Shown: positions 1 through 11,800 of the stretch, piece after piece
Layout of the letters: each line of letters opens with the position of its first letter
Numbering within the stretch: position 1 is the first letter of the stretch
Assembly: GCF_006345805.1 (NCBI RefSeq)
Contig: NC_043014.1
Location: forward strand, 46,996,001 to 47,060,000
Length of the DNA: 64,000 nt
Reading direction: 5' to 3'
Source: Octopus sinensis
Lineage: Eukaryota
The notes under the pieces: model-generated
The model's database searches: none
Seen by the model: only the letters and a program-made list of their open reading frames with translations
What the model was told of the DNA's origin: nothing
Position numbers and translations under genes: made by a program

Positions 1-656
1 TAAGTAAAATATTTACATTATTCTATTTCAACTGTTAATTTCATTTTTTATTTATTCACTAATGTTTGTCATCCTGTCAATTCTTGTTATGTTTAAACTA
101 AAGCATTTAACTTTAATGTATCATTAACAACATTATGGTTATTATCTACAATATCAAATCATACTATATTAAACATTTAATCCGTAATAGAGACATCAGA
201 CAGCAACATTATTTTCTCACTCAGCCTTTTTAGAAATTAGGTAACATTCCCATTTAACAAAAAACTGATTCTTGGATATTTCAACTAATTGTTTGCAGGT
301 TTATCCATTTAATGTTAACAGGAAACAGACAAATGAGAAAATACTAAAAACTAATGAGGCAAAACCACATAAACGTTTTTTTTTTGTTCCTCGTGTTTTT
401 CATATTTTGTAACTTGAACTATGAATTAAAATCATTTTGAAATAATTCTTTCTCGGATAGTGGATACAACTCTAGTAAAAAGTGAACAATAGCATTAAAT
501 ATTGTAAAAGATTTGGTGAAAACATAAACGATCTATACAACAAATTAATTTCTTTAGCATTTCCACTGAAATAACTTATACACACACACACACACATGCA
601 TATATACACATACACACACACACATATATATACATACATATATATGTGTGTGTGTG

Positions 657-706
657 TGTTCTGGAATCTTTCACAGCCTTGGATTTTTATCACATTCTGA
701 AAACTT

Positions 707-785
<79 letters not shown>

Positions 786-1097
786 GTATGTGTCTGTATG
801 CATATGTATGCATATATATATATATATGTATGTGTCTGTATGTATATATGCATGTATGTATGTATTCATGTATGTATGTACACAAGCATACATATGATTG
901 GACATGCTCAATGCATGACAATCAAACCACTCAGGTTTTGACTCTAATGCTAATCACATTAAATTCCCACTGTTACTTGTACACACAGGTCATCCATATT
1001 CAAGGGTGGGCTACGAAGTATAACATAGAGCATGGCAATAACAAGAGAAAAGAGCATTGACTTGATACTCTTTTAGATATATATGTATATGCATGTA

Positions 1098-1141
<44 letters not shown>

Positions 1142-1190
1142 ATTTTTCAGAATGTGATAAAAATCCAAGGCTGTGAAAGATTTCAGAACA
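657..1190. repeat. Inverted repeat: 46-bp unique arms (658-703 / 1144-1189) extended by complementary microsatellites
   Basis: 45/46 identity between the reverse complement of arm 1 and arm 2. Confidence 0.85.
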
Positions 1191-1470
1191 TTTATGAAGA
1201 GAAGGTCTTACAGCTGTTTCCAGGCTATTCTATATATCCCTTCATCGGAGACGGTGTGAGAAAATGGTTAAGCTATAGTTATTCTAGATAAGATATGAAG
1301 CAGAGAGTGAAGTGGAGGAATTAAAATAGACGTGAGATATGCAGGGATATTGTATCTGCAGTTCCATTATTTAGGCAGAATGGTATACATATAAGATTCT
1401 TGTACCTTGTGTGTAAGTTCCAATAGTATTTAAAATTGGTTGTTCCAAGCATAGAGTTTATAAACAGTGT

Positions 1471-1532
<62 letters not shown>

Positions 1533-3093
1533 GACGATGATGACAATGATAATTAAAATCACGATAAGGGTGAAAAAAATTGAATATTAATTAATAACAA
1601 GTAATAAGAGAGAGACCACATGTGGTCTCCCTCTTATTACTTATATATATATATATATATATAATGTGTGTGTGTGTGTGTATATGTACACACACATGCA
1701 TACATACATCATCATTTAACGTCCATGTTACATGCTGGCATGGGTTGGATGTGTGTGTGAGTGTATATATATACATATATATATATATATCATCACTTAA
1801 CATACATATATATATAAATATATAATATATAAACTTTGGTTTAAAATTAACCAAATTCCTCTTACATTAGTGTCTGTTATTTGCATGAGCTTTGCTTATT
1901 TAAATGTTACTTAGAAAAATGTCAATTTTTATTAATGGAAGATGCCATGTATGCCAAAAACAATTTTGTGAACATCTTCTAAGGCAGCTGTCAATTTATT
2001 CTGGCAAACCATTAATAGTGATCTATAGATGCCTATCACATGTTTGTATGATAATAATAATCAATGACACAGAAAAGGATTCTTAGCAGAGAAATTTATT
2101 GGTAAAATTCACAGACACTTTTGTTATTTCTACTTGGTTCTTTTTCATTTTTATTTTTCTCTTTCTCTCATTTCATAAGATATTTCAAAGTTGATACTCA
2201 TTTTGAATTATATCAATTTCTAGGAAATACTTATCAATAATTTAGAGTTCATTGGAATTCTCTTTGAAATAATAATATTCCACAAAGATTGAATTACTTT
2301 TGATTGAAATAATCCTGTTTTCTTTAATAGCTTGTCTTTTAAAAGCCCACCCACTCATTTTTTTTTTATTGGTTCTTTTAAAGATTTATCACAAGTACAT
2401 GAACCATGTTAATTGCAATAGTTTTAGATACTGACTAAAAACAAACACAGTTTACATATTGTGCTTTCTTTAAACAATCAATGCATTTCAAAAGGTGATG
2501 CTACTTTTTAAAACAGATGCACTAGATCCAGTTTGAAATCATTCATTGTGCATTATTACTTCCATAGATTTAGTAATGTGATTCTCAACATATTACATTA
2601 TCACAAACATACTTTTGTTATGTTCAGAAATTTTATTGATGAGCATTATAGAAATTATTCAGTATCTTTGCATAGTTACATTCATTTATCACTATCACCA
2701 TTATTCCCTTCTTTTCCACAATCCAATTCTCTATGTAATACCATTCTGTTCAACAAATATTCATCAGAACAAAATGTTTAACCTCTCGCTATTTCACCAA
2801 AATAAATATGAAATGGTTTAATGTTTGCTTTCCTTTCATAATTTAATGTCAACCCTCCATAACATAAAATTATCAAAATCTGCAAATTCCTTCACTTATG
2901 TTCTTTCACACGTCAACTATGTACAGTTCACTATATCATCATAAAGTGAAGTAATCCATGCATATACAAGTAATCCATGACTTGACAAACTAATAGCACT
3001 ACAATTCAACCTGTACTTTCGCCAAACAACCTTCTCTTTGGTTTCTTTCTATTTGGATAATTCACTAATTTGTCTTTATTTCGTTTTCTCTAG

Positions 3094-3216
3094 ATAACAA
3101 TTATAAGTCTCGCAGCATCAGGTTTAGGTATGGAACAAATCACTGCTTTTCGATCCCTCCGAACACTTCGTGCACTGAGGCCTCTTCGTGCGGTCTCTCG
3201 GTGGCAAGGAATGAAG
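3094..3216 (+). CDS. Nav2: Nav2 exon: DIII S3 end and S4 voltage sensor
   Basis: ttttctctag|ATA...AAG|gtatga; 123 nt; [41 protein letters not shown]. Confidence 0.93.
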
Positions 3217-6200
3217 GTATGATTATATTATTTCTAGACTTTACCAGTAAATTCTTCACTGGGTATATTCCCAGCAATAACTTTCTGTTGTTATCCTGCT
3301 TGTAAACTTTTTCAGAGAACTTAGCTTTACATTAGCAATAGGAGTATCTCTGTAGACAATTGTCTGCATGTCACCCAACTTGACATTTCATGTTAATGAC
3401 AGTTAAAATGGTTAAATCACCATTCCCATTCCAGGTACATTTTCCCATTCTCCGCTATATTCTTCTGATGTTACTTTTAGATCATTGTCTGTTTAATTTG
3501 TCACTAACTTTAATGAATAGCGGACTGTATGAAACTGACTTATTTTAAACCTCAACAGAGGAATTATTTAATTCAGTGGCTGTTTTATGGTATTCTTTTG
3601 TATTTTTTCTCAAGAAAGTTTGCATTGATGTAATGAAAACCCAACATAAACGATCTGGCTGTTGTAGAGGGCTGCCATGAAAGTGGTAGTGGTGGTGATA
3701 GTGGTGGGGCAGCAGTAAAATTCTAAACGTTTTTTTTTTTTACTTTCCCTTTTGTGTAAAATGGTCTTCGTGCTATAAATTACTAGCTATCATCATCATC
3801 AACATCATTACCATTACTAATGTGAGTCGGACAGCTATTGATATCAGAGCTTACAATCAAAATAGAAAGAAAACTGTCATATGCTGCTACTAAATATAAC
3901 CTGACTTAATAGCAAAAATTAAAAGCAGTCTGTTTTTTTGAAAACAGTCTATCATTTTAATGCAGCAATGCTAATGGCTTGGCTTGAAAATATATTCTCA
4001 AAAGGTCACTGCTGACTGATTTTAAAACTCTTGATATGGACTGAATTTATTTCATTTCTTCAATCAATTTTTAATCTGTTAGACTCTTCTCTTTAAGATA
4101 CAGCTCCTCTGCACTCCTCTGGGACACTAGACTTTTCTTGCTTTCTAATCTTTCTTGGTAGTAATGGTTTGTAGAAATATTGAAATGTATGTTAATAATA
4201 TTCTCAAATAAATGTGTTTACTTTCAGCTGAGTGCAGCCAAGTAGGTCCTTGAATTACACAAATCCTATAGATCAATTGTTCTATTATGCATTTCTTAAG
4301 GATATCAAGCACTACTTTGATCAAATATTTATAGATATTCAATGTATCTCATTTGAAAAGGATAGCATTTGTCTCAAGGCAATTCTAGACAATCTAGAAT
4401 AAATACTGTCTTCTGCATTTGCAGTTCTTCAAGTCCTTTTCTAGAAATAATCAGTGGGCAGACAAGCAACTACATCTAATACTAACAGAAAATGAAGGCC
4501 AATCCACAGTTGCACCTAAGATTCATATACATTCTGGTTCTCTTTACTCTTTTACTTGTTTCAGTCATTTGACTGTGGCCATGCTGGAGCACCACCTTTA
4601 GTCGAGCAACTTGACCCCGGGACTTATTCTTTGTAAGCCCAGTACTTATTCTATCGGTCTCTTTTGCCGAACCACTAAGTGACAGGGACATAAACACACC
4701 AGCATTGGTTGTCAAGCAATGCTAGGAGGACAAACACAGACACACAAACACACACGCACACACATATATATACATATATACGACAGGTTTCTTTCAGTTT
4801 CCATCAACCAAATCTACTCACAATGCTTTGGTCGGCCCAAGGCTATAGTAGAAGACACTTGCCCAAGGTGCCACGCAGTGGGACTGAACCCGGAACCATG
4901 TGGTTGGTAAGCAAGCTACTTACCACACAGCCACTCCTGCGCCTATAATGTTTTTTTTCAATAATGTTTTTTTTTTCTACAATTTTTTTCCAATGAAATT
5001 CATTACAGTATTCTAATTATTGCCACTCATTAAACCATTAGGTTCTACTCAAGTTTTGGTCATCTTTGACAATGCTGGTTACAATTTCAAAATGAATCTT
5101 TCCACAATAATTACCATACCAGATTCTATTCTGATAGAAGTCATTAAGGTGCTGCAATGTGTCAGTTCTTCAGTTGCCTCCTCGATACCCATAAAATTAT
5201 TAACCATCTTACAAACAATAACTCTGAGCACCTTTTCAAACTCCACCCGTCTAACACCCATGGACATATTTACAAAGTCAGAAAACAGCACAGCTCCCAT
5301 GACTTTTGGAAACATTTTTTCACGCTGAGAGTTGCTGAAGCATGGAACAAACTGCCAGCATCAGTTGTTAGTTGTCGGAGCACTGCATCCTTCAAAACTT
5401 CCATGCTTTCTGAGATTCGCCAACACTACACCTGATTTTCTCCCCTCCATACACACACAAGCATGTATCTGATTCATACATTGTTCACTTTCCAGACATT
5501 TGTACATTACTGCATATACTCTATACGCACTTTCTGACAAGTTGTGGTGCACCTGAGCACTGTATACAATAATTTCATTATTATTATTATTATTATACTC
5601 TGAGTAGTGATAGTATTGATAGATTCTTCTTTAATAATACATCTCAACTCTATTTCCTCTTTGTTTCAGATCATTGTTAACGCTTTGATGCTGTCAATTC
5701 CTTCTATTTTCAACGTCCTGTTGGTGTGCGTTGTGTTCTGGCTGATATTTGCTATCATGGGAGTGCAGTTATTTGCGGGAAAGTTCTACAAGTGTGTCAA
5801 CGAGACAAATATGAGGATCTCCCCAACGGAGGTGGCCAGCAAACAAGAATGTCTTTATAAAAACTATACTTGGGTAAATTCAAAAGTAAACTTTGACAAT
5901 GTAGGAGGAGCTTTCCTTGCTTTATTTCAAGTGGTAAGTAGTTTCTTTTTTTTTTTTTTGGTGGAGGCGCAATGGCCCAGTGGTTAGGGCAGTGGACTCG
6001 TGGTCATAGGATCGCGGTTTCGATTCCCAGACCGGGCGTTGTGAGTGTTTATTGAGCGAAAACACCTAAAAAGCTCCACGAGTCTCCGGCAGGGGATGGT
6101 GGTGATCCCTGCTGTACTCTTTCACCACAACTTTCTCTCACTCTTACTTCCTGTTTCTGTTGTACCTGTATTTCAAGGAGCCGGCCTTGTCACTCTCTGT

Positions 6201-8554
6201 GTCACGCTGAATATTCCCGAGAACTACGTTAAGGGTGCACGTGTCTGTGGAGTGCTCAGCCGCTTGCACGTTGATTTCACGAGCAGGCTGTTCCGTTGAT
6301 TCGGATCAACCGGAACCCTCATCGTCGTAACCGACGGAGTGCTTCCATCCATCCAGTTTCTTTTTAATATTCAGTGTCTACATATTTGGTTAAGTTTCAA
6401 CAGTACAGACTTACAACATTTTCACAAACAAAATATACTTAAACTATACAAAAATAGCATAAAATAATGTCAGATTTCATATTTAACCCTTTAGCATTTA
6501 AACCAGCCATATCCGGCCAAAAGTATTCTGCCTGTTTTATGTTCAAACTGGCCATATCTGGTCTCTCACACCAACCCTACAATATCATTTTAAAAATTAA
6601 CAGTTACCTCATCAAAATCTCATAGCTACAAGATAATGCATGATTAGTTCAAAACAATACGGATAAAGAAGCATTAATTTTGGCAGAATAATGCAAACAC
6701 TAAAGGGTTAAGCTTATAACTACTTCACTAAATATAACTCACAATATGATATATCCAGTGTACTAAATTATACATAACCCTAATCCAATAACTTATAGCT
6801 CTTACTATCATGAAGCCTAAGTTTGTCTTTTTACTGTATAATAATTAGTGATGCCACTTAATTCTTTACTCTATTGTTACTTGTACAAAGTTTAATGCTT
6901 TCATTTTACAACTTCTTGCTAAACTATGGCTATTTTTAGCCTTTTATTCTGAATCTCTCTTCCCTCTCCATCCCCAAGAGGATATAAAGAGAACTTTATA
7001 TCCAGTTGTTTGGCTGAGAAAGTAGAATGATGTGCTTAATTTGTATTTTGAATCGCTGTGGATTTAATTAATTCTGAAGGAAAAACATTGCTTTTCATTG
7101 GAAGAGTGACAAGAAATAATTAGCAGTGCAATGGGATTGGTGTCTGCTGCATTTGTATTAGTTGTGTGGAGGAATATGAAATAGATAAAATGTATTCTGT
7201 TGTTAGAAGACTGTCAGAATAGTCATGTATTGTCTGTGTAGTATGAAGTATTGTTCTCATTTCTGTGTTTTTGTACTCATTGAAAATTCAATTAAAACTA
7301 TAAACAAATTAGAAAGTTCTCAGAATTTAGCTTTTGTGACCTTTAACATTTTTGGCAATCAATCATTAGCACAAAAAAAGATAGAGAAAAATTCTTTATC
7401 TCACAATTCATTTTATTAAAATGGCTGAGATTTTATACACTAAACAATTCAATCCTCTGGAATAAAGTTAAGTAAAAGACAGAGTTATTGATTTTATATA
7501 ATTCCTTAATTATTAGCTACATATTCATTTTAAAGTCCACCACTTCATATTGGCAATGCACAGTGACCTCTTTCTAAATGAATCTCTCTTTAGTTACATC
7601 TATTTCCATTAGCTCACTTATACTTCATTTCATCTCTTGTTTAATGTATTTTTATTTTCACAATCATTTAGCAACCAGCATCCATTCTCATGACAGGGCT
7701 CTACCAAGTTGTCTTGCCTATCGTCTGGATACCATTTCCCGACAGTTACTCACTCAAATCCCATTAAGTTTCACATACCTTCATTCAGACTTCAATCAAA
7801 TATACATATATTAAATTCCCATCTTTCCTCATTAACAGCCAACTTTCAATATCTTCTGACTTTTATTCTTATCTGTAATGACCTGAAGTTGTTTGGTCAT
7901 CTCTCGATAGATTGTTTCCCTACTCTGCCCCATATCACTCTAATGCAGAATTACCTAAGTTGTGTTCATATCTGATAAGAGTTGACAGCTTATCAGCTCT
8001 ATTATATTGGATGAAGTGTTAGTATTCTGCCCCTGATACCTTTTCATCATATTTGTACATGTTTCTATAAGCAAAGCCTTTTGAGAGATTTTGGGAGACA
8101 GAAACTGGAAGGAAGCTCATTATTATCATCATCATATTTAAACATCCATTTTCCATACTGACATAGGTTGGAAGGTTCAACAGGAACCGACAAGCCAGAG
8201 AAGTGCTCTGAACTCAAGTGTCTGCTTTGGCATGGTTTCTACAGTCAGATGCCCTTCCAATCACTGTACAAAGTGTACTGGATGCTTTGACGTGGCACCA
8301 GCACAAGACCCATAAACTGAGTGATTCCAAAATGAAAAGTGTGGAGTAAAATATCTTACCTGAGAGCAAGTAAAGGTTGGCTTCAAGAAGAGCATCTAAC
8401 TGTAGAATACTGTTTCATAAAGTCTCACTGAACCCATACCAGCATGGGAAAAGCAGACATAAAACTGACAATGATGACGATGATAGACAAGAAAGTAGAT
8501 TGATAGATAGAGATAAGTAGGTAGATAGACAGACAGATGCACTCGTACATACTT

Positions 8555-8607
<53 letters not shown>

Positions 8608-8799
8608 AGCGTACCAATACTTTAAATGTATATTTGATTAGTTTGTAGATGTCAGTTTCATTTTTTTTTTATTGACTTTCCCTTGTATTTGTAATTCACT
8701 TACCAACTACAATTCATCTCCAATATTTTTATAGCCTTAACAGTACAATACATAGTCTCTCTCTCTCTCTCTCTCTCTCACTCTATCTGTATATACATA

Positions 8800-8834
<35 letters not shown>

Positions 8835-11800
8835 ATCTCAGTGTGCTTCGGCTATTGATAACTGTTGTAAAATATAAACAAGGCAACTGTTTGCTCCTCC
8901 AGCTTTTATTCTAAGGTATTTTACCCTATTTCCCAACAGGCTACATTTGAAGGATGGATGGAAATCATGGCAGATGCGGTAGATGTTACCGAAGTAAGTA
9001 CCAAATTTTACTCCCCTTCACCAACACTAATCTACTAATTCACCTCAGAAGAAGACAAGAGAACAAAAATCAAAGAAATCAGCTTCTTTTCATCAATATA
9101 TTGATATTCAGTGCAGTGATAGAGCTGTTCTTCTATGGTGTAGACTGAATTATTCTTTTAACTATATTACACTGAAGTTATTTTATCCAAGGAGAAACCC
9201 AGAATAGTACAGCTAAGTTCTGAATATTAACAACTTTGACAAGAGAAATAGTTTCAGTGTTTTTATTTTGTCATATTGTGAGCAAACTATTGCGGCTTCC
9301 TCTCATTACTTTGCATAATTTCTCTGTGACATGCATTTCCCATACATACAGCATGCAATATTAGATGACGTTATAGTTGCTTTGCAGTTAACATCCTTCA
9401 CTTGTCTCCTATAGAAATCTGGCATTAAGAAACACTATTACTGCCAGGAATGTGGCACAAGCAAATCCAAGGACGTTCTCAAGCCACAGTGGAGGCGCAA
9501 TGGCCCAGTGGTTAGGGCAGCGGACTCGCAGTCATAGGATCGCAGTTTCGATTCCCAGACCGGGCGTTGTGAGTGTTTATTGAGCAAAAACACCTAAAGC
9601 TCTACGAGGCTCCGGCAGGGATGGTGGTGATCCCTGCTGTACTCTTTCACCACAACTTTCTCTCACTCTTACTTCCTGTTTTTGTTGTACCTGTATTTCA
9701 AGGGGCCGGCCTTGTCACTCTCTGTGTCACGCTGAATATCCCCAAGAACTACGTTAAGGGTGCACGTGTCTGTGGAGTGCTCAGCCACTTACATGTTAAT
9801 TTCACGAGCAGGCTGTTCCGTTGATTCGGATCAACCAGAACCCTCATTGTCGTAACCGACGGAGTGCTTCCCAGATTATCTCAAGCCGCAACAATGTTAA
9901 TTGTATGATGCTGAGTTCAAGTTCTGTCAACAACTATTCTTACTAACAGCTTGGGACTAGAGTTAGACACTTACTCTTTTACTCTTTTACTTGTTTCAGT
10001 CATGTGACTGTGGCCATGCTGGAGCACTGCCTTTAGTCGATCAAATCGACCCCAGGACTTATTCTTTGTAAGCCTAGTACTTATTTTATCGGTCTCTTTT
10101 TGCCGAACCGCTAAGTTACGGGGACGTATACACACCAACATCAGTTGTCAAGCGATGTTGGGGGGACAAACACAGACACACAAATACGTACATACACATA
10201 TATATATATATATATACATATATACGACGGGCTTCTTTCAGTTTCCGTCTACCAAATCCACTCACAAGGCTTTGGTCGGCCCGAGGCTATAGTAGAAGAC
10301 ACTTACCCAAGGTGGGACTGAACCCGGAACCATGTGGTTCATAAGCAAGCTACTTACCACACAGCCACTCCTGCGCCTATAGAGTAATGTAGAGAAATGA
10401 CTTCATTTGTTATTGTTCTTTCATCATCTGAACAGCAACACTACACTCCATATTTAATGATGTATCATCTATACAAAGCCTGTAGACTACTACACATTAA
10501 CGTCACATTGTACAACTTCCAGTTGGTTTCCCTTACTATGACAAGCCTACACTAGCCTAACACTTCTCCATGAATCTTTAATTCCATCTTTCTTAAAACC
10601 AAGCACAACCAGTTTTTATTCTTGTCTGACTTCTTTTCACTCTTCAACAATACAGGAAATGAAGATCTCTCCAACACCCACCAATGTACAATCCATCCTC
10701 AGACTCTTCTTCAATAAAATCCTTAAATTCGTCATTGATTTATGTCTTCTAACCTGTTTCTAATTTAAAACCAGTCAGAGAGCACAAACCTCCACCAAGG
10801 CAACACCAATGTCCTCTCAACGATTAGCCAGAGATGGTTTTTAAAATGAGAATATCTGAAATAAACTCAACTGCTCTCACAAAGAAGAATACTAAAAATG
10901 AACCTGACCACTCTCAAAAATTAAGTGACAAAAAAAACAGGAAAAATAATCCAGAATCCTTGTCTGGTACCAGATCGATTCCAAAATCTAATCAGTTCAT
11001 GCCAGTCATGAGGCCAAACATCCCTGAAAGTTTTATCCGAATCTATCCAGCAGTTTTTGAGGTATCTTGTCCTCGGACAAACAAACAAACAAACAAACAC
11101 AACTGAAAACAATACCTTTGCCTTCGCTAAGGCAGAGGTAATTAATACTTCCTGTTCATATCTAGGATTCCAATGCTGTTATACACAAGTATTCTCAACA
11201 CTGCACTTTTCTACTGTTGTCACTTGATGTCATCTGCACATTTTCCAGCCCCACTGGTGTGATTAAGAAGTTTACTTGGCAATCATGTGGTGCCAGGTTT
11301 GATCCCACTGTGCAGTATCCTGGGCCTTGGCTAGATAAACTTTACTTGTTGCTAGGTGATGGACTTAATCCAAATTCCATTTCAATACTACTACCTGCTC
11401 CTGGAGTAACTTTAACAGACACCACTTCAATGCAAACTTTTGGGCCTGGTCTCTAGTCATAACAATAACCTGATATCATGATTTTTCCATTTGTTACTGC
11501 AACATCCCATTAGTTGCAGGGTTCATCTTTCCATTCTTCCTCACCAATCATAAAGATGAAAGTCTCTGCACTCCCCCACCAAACATGCAAATCCTTTGCA
11601 GGTTAGAGTCACTACCCTTTTGTACAATGAGTACTGTAGTGCTGGTGAAATACCTTAGAACTGTGAGGGGATACCATAAAACCATGACAGAGTACTGTAG
11701 AACTGTGTTGGAACAGTGTAAGACTGTAAGAGGGTGCTGTAAAACTTGGTGGGGTAACATAGAACAGGGGTAGACAGTACTTATAGAACTATGGTGGAGT

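Noticed and set aside
472-1854. Many track ORFs rich in YI/HT/CV/MY (also 22624-22845, 25445-26317, 51682-52201)
   Set aside because: Translations of (TA)n, (CA)n, (TACA)n and (GCGT)n microsatellites; no splice or domain support.
3470-3507. Cryptic acceptor ttttag|atcattgt mimicking the start of exon 5670
   Set aside because: Only a 10-nt match and a stop after 8 codons; no similarity to a duplicated exon. No mutually exclusive DIII S3-S4 exon was found.
5961-6035. SINE and pLTR heads as tRNA genes (also 9489, 36783, 61531)
   Set aside because: A/B boxes are present but acceptor stems do not close and each continues into a repeat body.
6343-6354. SINE-B tail ttccatccatcc complementary to pore exon 8952-8963 (possible editing-complementary sequence)
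   Set aside because: 12-nt low-complexity CCAT repeat 2.6 kb away; expected by chance.
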